A stretch of DNA of 63,910 bases, counting the filler, from Collodictyon triciliatum (Eukaryota): NCBI GenBank assembly GCA_043381765.1. It is 18 parts of 18 records of this genome, joined end to end, with 100 filler letters (N's around TTAATTAATTAA, not from the genome) between each part and the next. Parts side by side here need not be neighbours in the genome. Positions count along the whole stretch, not along the records: positions 1 to 3,563 come from JBHJMP010007137.1; positions 3,664 to 7,225 come from JBHJMP010007138.1; positions 7,326 to 10,887 come from JBHJMP010007139.1; positions 10,988 to 14,549 come from JBHJMP010007140.1; 14 more parts are not named here. One strand, 5' to 3'. Below the pieces are notes generated by a model. It saw only the letters and a list, made by a program, of their open reading frames with translations. It had not been told where the DNA came from and did not search any database. A program made the position numbers and the translations under genes. Below, piece by piece: positions 1-12,429 of this stretch; position 1 is the stretch's first letter, and the number at the start of each line of letters is the position of its first letter.

Positions 1-100
1 AATGTAATGTAATGTAATGTAATGTAATGTAATGTAATGTAATGTAATGTAATGTAATGTAATGTAATGTAATGTAATGTAATGTAATGTAATGTAATGT
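1..100. repeat. (AATGT)n microsatellite at contig end
   Basis: 20 perfect pentamer units. Confidence 0.97.
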
Positions 101-815
101 ATGTGCATGATCAATTCACTCGTGTTACCAGCACGATGTAACATTTTGTACCATGTCCCATTCTGGAGACCGCAGTGTTGCGTCATGGCCATCTCTTCCT
201 TTCTTTTTTTTTCTCCAAACTTCAAGTCCCCCTTTTTTTCTGGCCACTGCGCAAATTAGGTATGGTATATGTTGACAAAAGAACTCTAATTTCTTTTCTA
301 TAATTGGTAATAAGCCGGAAATTTCAGGCAAAATCGCCATAGGCTTCCAGGTTTGGCTTATTCATACCTGGAAAATATAATCTATATCTCATTATTGACA
401 TATGCGTCTATTTCAAGCTGCTCCAATTTTTGAAAATATTATATATTGTATTTATTTAAATAGTATAAAGGCTAGTCTATCTATAGCTACCGGCGTAAGG
501 ACCGGCGACAACTGCAGCGTGTGGCTCAGTGCGTTACTGCCTTTGTTACATATATGGAATTTATTATATATATATTTGAATCGTCTATAATTTAATATAT
601 TGACCTTAATATATCTGAATAACACTCAATATCTACATTATACATAATTAATTTTTAAATTTTGTGGTCTGTGACGTCACGAACCCATAGGTTCAAATAC
701 CGAGATTTCAATATAATGACGAAAGAGCATACAAATCCCCCTTCGCTTTGTTCGAGGGCAACTTCTATCATAATCACTGCTAATGCCCCAGACGCCAAGA
801 CACCTACAACTTGCT

Positions 816-870
816 CGAGAAGCCCGAGAAGCCCGAGAAGCCCGAGAAGCCCGAGAAGCCCGAGAAGCCC
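816..870. repeat. 9-bp tandem repeat (CGAGAAGCC) x6
   Basis: Seen directly; reads as SPR/EAR/KPE repeats depending on frame. Confidence 0.9.
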
Positions 871-1823
871 AGACATGAGGTACGTACAGATTAAACTTGT
901 CATTACAACTCGCACAACATCAAATGGCTGAAAAGATGACAAAATTATCCGCGCTTCTGAAAAGTAATCGTGTCGATAAACATATGGTTGACATTCACAA
1001 ACTGATCACGCCAATTGACAACACTGAGAAAAAAGAGACGGCGGAAGAGCCTGACTTCCCCGAATCCGCGCACATGTTTTAACACCACCTTCACTAGTAG
1101 GTCACCCCCCTGCGACAGACTGATGCTTCTTTCTCGCTCTTGCACGGATGAACACAATAAACCAAACCCAACCAAACTACCGATATCTTGTGCGCCCTTG
1201 ACCCACCGAGCGTCTTCCACAGCATCGCAGAGCGGAGGACCCTAGAGTCCGCCTGCCGGGACTCATATTTCATTCGACAGGTTGTACTGACCCCATGACT
1301 TGCCGTGGTAGTGCCGTCTTCGGCTGCGCGGCCGGCTAACACGCCCACTGAAAGAACGCGCAACGTACCGAGGCGTCTGAGGGCGTCTTGTGGGTGAGGG
1401 TGCCCTCTTCCCAGACCCACACCTAGCTAACCATACCAGAAAAACCGAGAACAGAAGAAAAAGATCAAATAGGGGCAGATAAATCAGCAGCAGGAGGCGT
1501 GAAGGAGGGCGACCCTGTGCGCCTTTCCCACTAGTCGGCAGGCAAGGACAGAAACCTGTTGCGCGCAAACCATTAGGAACGTTGCTCGAGACAGTTAGCC
1601 ATTGAATCTGTGACCCGGCAAGACCAGTGAATGATCAGGGTCACAACCTGAATTATCGCACAACCCTATGCAACGCAGGGCGAAAAAGAAATAGAATGAA
1701 CGAAAAAGCCTCTGCCAACGGTTTGCTGTATCTTTCCCGCAAGACACAGCCACCTTCACTTTCATTTTCACTTCGACTTTATGGCCGATTCCGCCACCAC
1801 AGCACGAAAGCTCACTCAAGGAA

Positions 1824-3476
1824 TCAAAGGACACGAAGGCCGGCGGAATAGGACGTGAAATAGAACGAGCCATTCGGGCCGTAGGCGACCGCAGAAGGGC
1901 GATTGACCGAGAGCGTGTTCAAGGTCGCACCCGTGGCCGCATCCACTTGCATGATTCGATTTCCACTCCAGTCCACGACCAAGACGGAGTTGTCAGGCCC
2001 CGCAGCCAGCGAGTTTGGCCAGACATCAGACACACCAACAATCGAGTGTGAGGCGATGAAGGAGCCGTCAGCGATGCTGAAGACATTGAGGCATTTCCCG
2101 GCAATGGAGAGAACCCACATGCGATTCTCGGCGTCGATGACAAGCCCTTGCGCACGCCCGATACGCGGGTCTGACCAAGACCCAATTAGCGAAGCGTCTG
2201 AACGCAGGCACAGTATCCTGCGATTGCTCGAGTCAGCCACATACATGTTGTTCTCAGCATCAAAGACCACGGCCAAGGCGTAGCTGAGTGGGGTGCCTTG
2301 AGCAGAACTATTTCGGTCTTGCCCCAAACCATCTTTGTAGCTTCCGATATGTTCGCCATCATATGCGCCAAAGACATGGAGCTGGTGAGACGTAAAGTCT
2401 ACGACAGCGAAGCGGCTTCCGTCGGGAGATACACGAATCACACTGACCTGTCGAATCTGCGGCTGATGGTTCAACTTAAAGACCAGTTGTGGTGCTCCGT
2501 TCTCTGGAGATGAAAAGACAAAGACGTCTCCTGTGCGTTGGCTTCCAACATATATATTCCCCGTGGATGGGTGAACGTCCATGCCCCATATCCCATCGAT
2601 TGTCGCAGTCCCGGTGGAAAGCGGGATGGCTTTAGGTTCGCATTTTTTCACTTCCTCCATCAGCGAAGAGAATGAGCGGTCGATTGCGCGGTTCCCTTTT
2701 CTTTTGATGATTTCTACGGCTGATGGGATGTCTCGGATGTTTATCTCAACTGGAATTTTAATCAGAGGCAAAGCGTAATTCTTGTAGAAGAATGGCTTCT
2801 GGCTTTCCTTTGGAGATAATGCGCTCGATAATTGATTGAAATATACCGTATGACCTCTGAGGTGCTTTATGTTTGGCTTCGAAACCAATATACGCTTCAT
2901 TAGGCGGTGAAAGTCTTCGCTCAGAGATATATTTTTTGTGCATGATTGACGCTCAAGGTTAACCTTTTTTTTTTAAAATAATAATAATAATAATAATAAC
3001 AGAAAATGGATGGCATGAGTGAGGAAATGTTTTTTATTTTTTTTAAATCTATAAAAGTACAGCAACAGCGATCATCGAAGAGACCGGAGCCATTGTTTGA
3101 ATAAAGAAATTATAAACTTAACGTGAGTCGGATGCAGGAAAAAAAAATTCTTGCATGAACGAGGCGATTATCGAGCGATTTGTCACATATATACAAAGCT
3201 AAAATATATGCAAAACTATTGAATTTCAAACCAGGTCCAAACATTCACGTTCCAGAGTCAAAAAAGATTCCATGTGAGCTTTGAATCGCTCAGCGATCTT
3301 CGTATCAATTTCTTCGCATTCATCAGCAAACTGTGAAGAGAATGTAACAGATAAATATTTGTTCATTTGTTCATCAATTTTCGGGATTACTTATTTAATG
3401 ATACTTCTTTTTAACTTTTGGGGTTTGACATTCCATACTCAACCATTAACAGCTCTTGACAACAACATATGGATTG
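1824..3476 (-). CDS. Coiled-coil + NHL-repeat beta-propeller protein (5' partial; TRIM-NHL-like C-terminal half)
   Basis: Terminal exon 2963-1824 has NHL blades (WGMDVHPSTGNIYVG, AVVFDAENNMYVADSSNRRI, PNSLAAGPDNSVLVVDWSGNRI). Upstream phase-0 exon 3330-3232 (FADECEEIDTKIAERFKAHMESFLTLERECLDL) is helical and splices in frame through a GT-AG intron. Confidence 0.85.
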
Positions 3477-3487
3477 CTAATTGAAAG

Positions 3488-3563
<76 letters not shown>

Positions 3564-3663
3564 NNNNNNNNNNNNNNNNNNNNNNNNNNNNNNNNNNNNN
3601 NNNNNNNTTAATTAATTAANNNNNNNNNNNNNNNNNNNNNNNNNNNNNNNNNNNNNNNNNNNN
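3564..3663. other. Artificial contig spacer (44 N + TTAATTAATTAA + 44 N); first of 17
   Basis: Identical 100-bp spacers start at 3564, 7226, 10888, 14550, 18212, 21873, 25530, 29187, 32841, 36495, 40149, 43802, 47454, 51106, 54757, 58408 and 62059. The 12-mer gives stops in all six frames and contig lengths decrease from 3563 to 3551. Confidence 0.99.
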
Positions 3664-3837
3664 ATTCCTATTCCTATTCCTATTCCTATTCCTATTCCTA
3701 TTCCTATTCCTATTCCTATTCCTATTCCTATTCCTATTCCTATTCCTATTCCTATTCCTATTCCTATTCCTATTCCTATTCCTTTTCCTTTTCCTTTTCC
3801 TTTTCCTTTTCCTATTCCTATTCATATTCATATTCAT
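3664..3837. repeat. (ATTCCT)n / (TTTCCT)n hexamer microsatellite
   Basis: Seen directly at contig start. Confidence 0.95.
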
Positions 3838-3863
3838 TTGAGCCATTTATTTCGTTCATGTAG

Positions 3864-5807
3864 GAACCCACTGTCGTTCCTTCTGCTGGGAACGGTATAC
3901 AAAATGAACATCCGGGCAAGAAAAAACAACCGGAGAGAACAACTAAAGGAAAACCTTTGGGAAGTCCGCACCATTCAGACACATCGCTTCCGCTCACCGA
4001 GGAGCTGGATGATGCATTCAACGAGGTGATTTGTTGTATAGATTAAGCTTCGAAATTTTGTTACGACTTTATCCGCCCTTCCCTCCTTAATTGCAGTGGT
4101 AACATAGCCAGCATCTAAATTGTGTAAAACTTAAGGAAAAGAGAGAAAACAGGCATCAAGTCCAGGAATCTGACGATGACTCTATCGATGAGCTTTTTGA
4201 TGTGCATTTATATTACTTTTTTTTTTTATCTATCTGCTATGACAATTTCACGTCACGTCTTTTCCTTTCTTTTTGATTTTTCATTACATATACTTTGTTT
4301 TATCTACTTATATGTGACATCAAGACAAATAGATGGAATATTGCATAATCTGGTTTCTCATCATAGCTTCGCTTTCCGACCACTGCAGGCGCGTGGAATT
4401 TTCCAGTCCCTGATTTTTCAGTGGCACAACCAAAACCACGTGCCATAGAGAGTCCATATTCCCAGCAATATGTTTCCAAATTTGCGCCTGTTTCCAACAA
4501 TCATTACAACCACCCCTCGAACCGAAGCGTTTCATCTCACCCAGCATCATCAATCAAGCCTGCCAATCCACCGTCTGTTCAACCCAGATTCGAGATGTCT
4601 CGAACAAATTCATCTCAGGATATTGCATCCAATCAGCCAGCCAATCGCGCCCCACCAACCAAAATACCAAAACCAGTTCCAGCAAATCGTGCTCCGTATC
4701 CAAGTCAAGCGTTGGGTCAGAACTCTTATGTTCAGCATGCCTCTCGGGCAGCTCAAAACCATACTTGTAAGACTTCCAATTGTTTGCTGGAACCCGATTT
4801 TCTTTCTTGCATTTTTCTTTTTGTTTCCTATTTCTATCTCATGTCTCCCCTTTATATATTATTATTGTTATTGTTATTCTTATTACTATGATCTGATTCA
4901 AAGTATTTCTTTTCCCATGTTATTTTTCATAAATTTAACTCTATGGTAATACATGTATTTTCTCTCTTTCATTCCTTTATACAGCCGCCTCAGAAACCCC
5001 AGAGCCTGTAGCGCTCTACATACCCGCTGGAAAGTAAGAGAATCATTATATCATTTTTTTTTATAAAAAAAACACTACTTTCCTATTGACCCTTATATAT
5101 TGTTGTCCTTAATTCCCAGACCGCCGAAACCCAGTGTAAATCGAGCTACACAGAACGGTATTCATTGAAATAACAACTATGGAGTCGGGTGTCATCAAAA
5201 AAAATTTATTTTAACTATACAACCATATCAAAACAAATACATAAGACCCTAACTCCGTGCTCATACTTTCACATCGATGTCCATTTCATCAGATCAACTC
5301 CAACGCAATATGAATGAATCTCATAATTCACAGCGGAAGTCTTCGAGAGGAAGGGATGTAGGCCTACTTTCATAGCCTGTTAAAATGTCCTTATTACATT
5401 TCTCCAGATTTGCTTCATGCTATGATATTTTGATGCGGCGCCAAGATACTGATACTCGCTTGGCATCATAGAGTGCTCGCGCTGCGATAGAGCATGCAGC
5501 TAGAGTTCGTGAAGAGAAGGTGCAAAATATCATGCGAAAACAAATATATATTTACAATGGGCTTCCCGTATTCAATTAAACTCACCCATCAAATGTGCAG
5601 CTGGCCCAACAAAGAAGGAAGGAGGAGGAGGCAGCTGAAAAGGAGGCGAAAATCAAGGCGTCGGCTTCAAGGAAGTAAATGTTCATCTAATGGATTCCTA
5701 CACTTAAAATAATGGTGTACTGTCCTTCTTTCTGCGGCAAGATAAACCCAAGTTTTGTTTCATCGGGTAGATTCGGAAATGTTCAATCCAAGGTAGTCAG
5801 GAAATAA
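3864..5807 (+). CDS. Multi-exon hypothetical Pro/Ser/Gln-rich protein with charged helical C-terminus (5' partial)
   Basis: GT-AG-bounded exons: EPTVVPSAGNG..., AQPKPRAIESPYSQ..., SARAAIEHAARVREEK, LAQQRRKEEEAAEKEAKIKASASR, ending KFGNVQSKVVRK-TAA. Confidence 0.6.
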
Positions 5808-6803
5808 TCAAAGACACGCCCGAACACCTAAACAAAGCGACCGAACTCCTTACTCACGCCCCAATTGTAACCTGACTGATATGCCTTCGAAATACACACC
5901 CAAATCACATCACAATGTGAACTTATCTTTAGTCCAATTGAATTCTTAATTAGCATGAATGTACACCTTGTAGCTCAATCCACGCAAATGTGGTATTATT
6001 ACCTATATATTATGGAGGTAATAATACCACAGCAAAGAAAAATAAATGAATTAACTTTTTCTTCTCACTACGAAGTGTTTTTTTTTTTTTTCATCATCTG
6101 TACGGGTCGCAATAGAAACTCCTTGTTGGGGTCGCTCTGTTATTTATGCCTATTTATTTCAAATAGAATGAATGGGAAAGAGAGAACCACATGATTACAA
6201 GAAAATCACTTGCAAAGAGAGGCCCTTCGGCGTGTCCTACCTTGGTGCTTTGTTTCGCTTTGTCTTTTTAAAAGAGAAAAAAATTGGAAAGAAACAGGTT
6301 TCCATTCGGCGGTTAACAGAATTGACATGTTGCTGCTTCGGTTTTCAGAATGTATCCGCTGTGTACTTGGCCTTGGCAATACTTGTCTGCTCCGCACTTT
6401 TGACAGGTCGGGCGTTTTTGTTTGTTTGTTTGTTTTTATTTGTTTTTGTATGTTTGTTTGTTTGTATGTTTGTTTGTCTTTTTGTTTGTCTTTTTGTTTG
6501 TCTTTTTGTTTGTCTTTTTGTTTGTCTTTTTGTTTGTCTTTTTGTTTGTCTTTTTGTTTGTTTTTGTACCGATTAGCAAGAGCTATCAGGCGTCGATCGG
6601 TGCAACACGATGCTTATTTTTTTTTCTGCGTCCCACTTCTTTCCTTTATTTTTCCCTTGTTTCCTGTTTTTTTCTTTACTATAGTTAGGTTAATTTGTTA
6701 ATATCCTTTGAGGGGGGTGGGGTGTTGTTTTTTTCCATCCTTTTGCATGCCACAACTCGCTGGCTTGTGGGTAAAGTTGACTGAAACGCACCTTTCCCAG
6801 CAA

Positions 6804-6914
6804 ATGGCTGCCTGCTTCGAAGTGTTTGAGTTTCTAAGTGACCGATTTTCTTGGTGGCTTCTTCTTTACGTCATCGTTGTCGACCCTGTGTTTGCTGTCT
6901 TTTCTTTTGCCCTC
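6804..6914 (+). CDS. First exon of a probable membrane protein (3' partial)
   Basis: ATG-initiated MAACFEVFEFLSDRFSWWLLLYVIVVDPVFAVFSFAL followed by a GTAAGT donor. Confidence 0.45.
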
Positions 6915-7325
6915 GTAAGTTTATGTGTGGTAATCCAACTATTTACAAGGTTTATTACAGCTTACAATCAATAACTATTCGATAATACAGCCTTTTACTC
7001 AAAAAGTATAGCTTGCCTTCGGATTTTTTTGAGACGTTTATTTATTTATGTCACCTAAAGAAAAGTATTCCTAGACGAATATGTCATAACCGAATTGTTA
7101 TTGTTATTATTATTATTGTTATTATTATTATTAGTGTTATTATTAGTGTTATTATTAGTGTTATTATTAGTGTTATTATTAGTGTTATTATTAGTGTTAT
7201 TATTAGTGTTATTATTAGTGTTATTNNNNNNNNNNNNNNNNNNNNNNNNNNNNNNNNNNNNNNNNNNNNTTAATTAATTAANNNNNNNNNNNNNNNNNNN
7301 NNNNNNNNNNNNNNNNNNNNNNNNN

Positions 7326-7751
7326 TTTTGGAGCCTGCACACTCGGATTTGTACCCATAGGCTGAGCTTCGACAGCCTGAGCTTCGATAGCCTGAGCTTC
7401 GATAGCCTGAGCTTCGATAGCCTGAGCTTCGACAGCCTGAGCTTCGATAGCCTGAGCTTCGATAGCTTGAGCTTCGATCGGCTCGGCTTCCATAGTATTT
7501 ATTATAGAGGGATTGCTCTGTGTTTGGTTGTCGTGTTCTAAGAAACAAACCTTGTGTTTGAAAACAAATCTTGGGGTTCTCCCATCCATATTGTGCACTG
7601 GGCATCTGAACTTGCCACCTTCATTCCTTTCTATGTATAAGAAAGAGCCGTCTGCTGTTCTAAGCCTCACTTTTTGCTGGTGTGTTACCCTTAAGTGGTA
7701 CTTATAGTCCAGTGCTGAGTCGAACGCAAGGCTGCATTCAAGGCACTCCAT
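7326..7751 (-). CDS. C2H2 zinc-finger protein with second Cys/His motif and (IEAQA)n repeat (3' partial)
   Basis: CLEC-x12-H-x4-H, then FRCPVH...FKHKVC; the ORF runs off the contig end. Confidence 0.7.
7363..7478. repeat. 15-bp coding tandem repeat (about 8 x IEAQA)
   Basis: GCTTCGATAGCCTGA units. Confidence 0.9.
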
Positions 7752-8719
7752 AGCTTATAAAATAAAAAAATAAAAAGAGTTAAAACAGTGTCCATTATAC
7801 ACATAAACGAGTCAAATATAATAACTTTAGAAGTATCAAAATAATATACTCGGAAAAGTTCCTGTGAGGCTCAGGTTTATGTTTTTTGTTTGATTTTCAT
7901 AGATAAAGAAAGATCGCGTGTAGCATGATCTATGACAGGATGGTTGTGTTTGTTTTTCTGAATATGATTAATGATAACGATTTCAATTATATTATCATTA
8001 TTTTTTGAATAGATCATATAAGGATACCATAACACACACGTATATATTGAAGACCTATATATTCCACAAAACTAAATGAAATAAACTATTCAAAAGTAAA
8101 AAAAAGGTGTTTAAATTAGAGACATTAAAGCGGAATAGGTGCAATTCTTATTCAATTATATGCAAAGATATTAGAAATAGAGTATATTTTCCACTTCTAA
8201 AAGCTTCATCAATATGTCGTGTACATATTCGGCAAAATTGATGATGATGATCATATCCCTTACATTAATATTGTATACATTATCTGATTATGTGTAGTGT
8301 TTTATATAAAGAGATAAAAATAGCACAACTTGTATGCACATGGGTTTGGGCTTAGGGTCATGGATCAATTTTGATCATAACATCCAAGTGTGGTTAGGAT
8401 TGAAAACATATATTATATGACTATAATGAAACATATACATAGAATAATCATGATTGTCTATCTATTTCTGTTATTATGGAAACATATGTATTAATTGTAT
8501 GCAAACATTATACAACTTTCGAGATAAAGGTTATGTTACACATGTTTTATTATAATTAATGATATCTTCCGCATTTGGATGGGATGACAGGTTCATATTA
8601 TTTTTTGATCAACTTGACAACAGAAAAAACAAAACACAGACAGAAACACAACAAAAAAAAACAAAAACAAAAAAAGAAAAAATACTTGTTTTATAACATA
8701 TTTTCTCTATACTCTACAG

Positions 8720-10887
8720 GAAAGCGATCAAAACAATGGAACAAAGAGAAGCGGTAACAAATATACTCTGTTATTTAGAATAATATGTCGTTTTCATTTT
8801 CAAATAAATTATAATTGAATATATACAAAAAACAGGAAAAATCCAAGCCCGAAACGCAAGTTGATCAAGTTGATCAAGTTGATCAACCGATGGAAGAAAG
8901 AGTAAACACCAACGTGTCAACGCAAGGTATCAATTATTTCTCATGCTTGTCTTTAAGCTCTCAACATATGTCTTATTTTTAAACCTCTAAACAAGAAAAA
9001 CGTGACGACTGTGAAGCCATCAACTCTTCGACAGCGATGGACTCACGCACTGAGGTACATATATAACAATACACCTTTCCAAAGAGCCCAGTAATTATGA
9101 TAATACTATGTAAAACAGACAACACCCAATGAAAAGAAAAGCACTCAAGAGCTGCATTCCCAGCCCAGCACTTCAAAGAATGTATGTATTTTTATTGCCT
9201 CTTTGTTTACAACTTACGAAAGGTTTTTCTGATTTTATATGTTTTTTTTATTCCAGGACATATGTTTCATATGACATAAATAAAAAAAATGTTTATTGAA
9301 ATAAAACAATAAGGATGCCACGGTGGTCAAAAAGAGAGGAATCCAAACCCAGTTTCTCTACTATAATCCGAATCCTAAACATGACCAAGGTAGTCTTACA
9401 TTTGCACTCATACAATTCACTTTTTTGATTTCAAATATAATGAATCTTTTATTTAGATGATCTGTTGGTTTCTTCTGCTGTTGACTATTCCGAGTACATG
9501 GTATGGTTGAATAATGCTTGAGTAATTGCTATAAAACATAAAGTTACATTATATTTATCAAACTATATCGTAATATAATATCATAAATCATGTTTTAATC
9601 ATAATATCGTTTAAATCATAATATCATGAAAATAAAAATAATGGTGATGAATTGAATTTTAAACCAAAATAAAAATAGTATGTCGAAAAAGAGGTCATCG
9701 AGCATGAGGATAGAAGCAGTCCCATGCTGATGTGTAGTATGCATGGTAATCATTATACCAAATGCTTATAATACGACACAAAATGAAGCTCTGCGTTTAG
9801 ATATGTCACAATAAGGCTATTTTTGACGAAATATTAATAATTAATAAAATAAAAGACCCCAACATTTATTTTCACTTGTACTGCACTTAAGCTTGTTTTA
9901 TTTCAAAAGGTGACGAGGCTGTGGACAATTCCTTGGAATCGAGCGACTCTGACGAACCAGTTGTTGTGATTCCAAATGAATCAATGGATTCTATTATGAA
10001 AAGGGTTAGTTCATCTCTATTCAATATTATGCTTATACTTCCTTCATGAAAAACAATTTCATAGATTCATGAACAAGAAACATTAATATATACACAACAG
10101 CATACAAAAAACAAAGGGTTTCAATCGCAAGTAGAACCGTCTCAACAAATAGACACAGAGAGAGATACGGAAATCGAAAGAGAAAAAGAGAGACAAATAG
10201 AAAAAGAAAATGAAAGAGAAAAGGAAAAGGAAAAGGAAAAGGAAAAAGAAAAGGAAACGGATAAGGAAAAAGATAAGCAAATCGAAAAGGAAAATGAAAG
10301 AGAAAGAGAAAGAGAAAAGGAAAAGGAAAAAGAACACCAAGAAGAAAAAGAGGAGGAAAAGGAAAAGGAAAAGGAAAGAGAAAAGGAAAAGGAAAAGGAA
10401 AAGGAAATGCAACGCCAGAAGGAAAAAGACCGTCAAAAGGAAAAGGAGATGCAAGCCCAAAAGGATATCGACAAACAAAAACAAGATGACTCTAATCCTC
10501 CTCCATCAAAAGGTAACTATCATCTATGACACCATTTGCATTCACCTGTCATATAAAATCAAACTCATTGATATTTATAAACTATAGAGCCCACCACCAC
10601 TCCTATTGCACGGGTAAGTGAAAACCTTTCACCTTTTGATTTGATAAAACAGTATAGAAATCAATCATATTATTGATAAACGATGTTTTTTTTTCAAGAG
10701 AAACAGGTTAAGTCTCAGAAGAAAGGATACCACGCACGTCGTAGATCTCAACACCCAAGAGCCTGTCCCGGTCGTTCAAAAAGACATTGAGATCAACAAG
10801 CCATCCATGCTGCTCTCATATCTTCAAAAAGAAATGATTCCATCAGCCCAGCCAATCCAGAAAATCGCCCCAACACCAGTGGAGGAC
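8720..10887 (+). CDS. Multi-exon low-complexity EK-rich hypothetical protein (partial)
   Basis: Series of short GT-AG exons (EKSKPETQVDQVDQVDQ..., DEAVDNSLESSDSDEP..., long EKEKEKE exon about 10065-10512, final exon open to contig end). Confidence 0.6.
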
Positions 10888-11966
10888 NNNNNNNNNNNNN
10901 NNNNNNNNNNNNNNNNNNNNNNNNNNNNNNNTTAATTAATTAANNNNNNNNNNNNNNNNNNNNNNNNNNNNNNNNNNNNNNNNNNNNAAAAAAGAAAAAA
11001 GAAAAAAAGAAAAAAGAAAAAAAGAAAAAAGAAAAAAAGAAAAAAGAAAAAAAGAAAAAAGAAAAAAAGAAAAAAAAGAAAGGCTCAAGACACACGACCA
11101 AAAAAACCCATTCTGAAAATAATGACTTTCGAATTGCAGTGCACGACAAGGCACTCAATATCGGAGCGCGGCAGGTGTTTATGGGGGACCTGTAGAAAAA
11201 GGTTATCACGGATAACATCTTCCGGGTCATCCAGGCGAAATGTATATGCAAGAGCCAGTTCTTGATGGAGACGTTGCTGGCGCGGCTGGTGATTGCGTGG
11301 TGGCTGGTACACTTCAGGCTCTCCATCTAAGTGCTGTACCCGATGCTGCGCATCATCGCTCCGTGGTGGCTGCCGGAGTTCTCAGCGTCCTTCCAAGGCC
11401 GTCCTACTCCCGTATAGAGCCCATCCATATTACTATTAATTAGGCGCGACAAGTTTATACCCTTCTTTGCCCCTAGGAATAATAGTCAATGCAAGTATAT
11501 TCACCTTAATGAAGTGGGTTAAAACAGCTCTGTAAAAACAGTGTAAGTTTTAATTCATTTGAAAAAACTGAGATATATAATTGACGGCTTTTCATGCAGA
11601 TGGTGTGTTAAGAAGTTTGAATATTGAATAGCATACATATATAACTAATTAGTTCGATTTGACTGAGCAACAAGATAAACACAAAGGTTATTTCGTCGTC
11701 CTATCCACATGAGCGACGACCAAGTAAATTCCCATAATTTGAGAAGGAAATAAGAAAAAAAATTGGCTGCAAAATGATAAGTATAATGAGTCGCCTGAAA
11801 AAAAAAGGAAAACCCGACTAGCAAATATGCAGGTTTACGACAGGCAAAGAAAGCAAAAGGAGACACTGCAGCAAATAGAAGAAAGGCTTCATGACCAAGC
11901 AATCCGCGCAATGAATCGAGGAGAACAAGAAAGGCCTGATGAAAGGGTTAGTAAGCTTCATGTTCT

Positions 11967-12038
11967 AGCCATCAAGTCATAAAGAGCAACATAATTATGA
12001 ATATAGTGCTCAGTATTCATTGTTATGCTTCGTTTATC
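11967..12038 (+). repeat. Dispersed repeat, copy 1 (copy 2 at 61973-62044)
   Basis: 57/72 identical without gaps, including an exact 22-bp core TATGAATATAGTGCTCAGTATT. Confidence 0.8.
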
Positions 12039-12429
12039 CGTTTATATGTTTTCTTTTTTGCTTTTCACCCATTCCAACGCGAAGCACATGTACCAAAGCT
12101 AGTATTAAGTATATATCTGTATCATTTTTTATTTATATTTTTTTTATTTTCTTCACTACCCGAGCCATACAGGGCTGAGGGTGAATACCAGACCTTAATT
12201 TATTAAGAAATCTCATCCACTTAATCCTGCACCCATAGAGCACTTTGTCTCCTTTCAGCCATAGTCGACCCCAGAGAGCACAGGCCGGAACATATATTTG
12301 TATTGGTATCGATAACTGAGCAGGAGGAGGAAGAAGAGAATAGAAGACCTCCATTTTTTTGCGACTTTATGCCTAGCAAAGAATCATTGATTGGGACGGA
12401 TAGCTGCACACTGCTGCAGACGTCCTGAA

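Noticed and set aside
514..702. tRNA or tRNA-SINE (TGGCTCAGTG A-box-like and GGTTCAAATACC B-box-like motifs)
   Set aside because: D-stem and acceptor stem do not pair, the boxes are about 160 bp apart, and the T-loop register is off.
6172..7277. Low-complexity ORFs (FVCL, poly-I, poly-Y, poly-C, KRKR etc.) here and at most contig ends
   Set aside because: They are translations of intronic or intergenic microsatellites.
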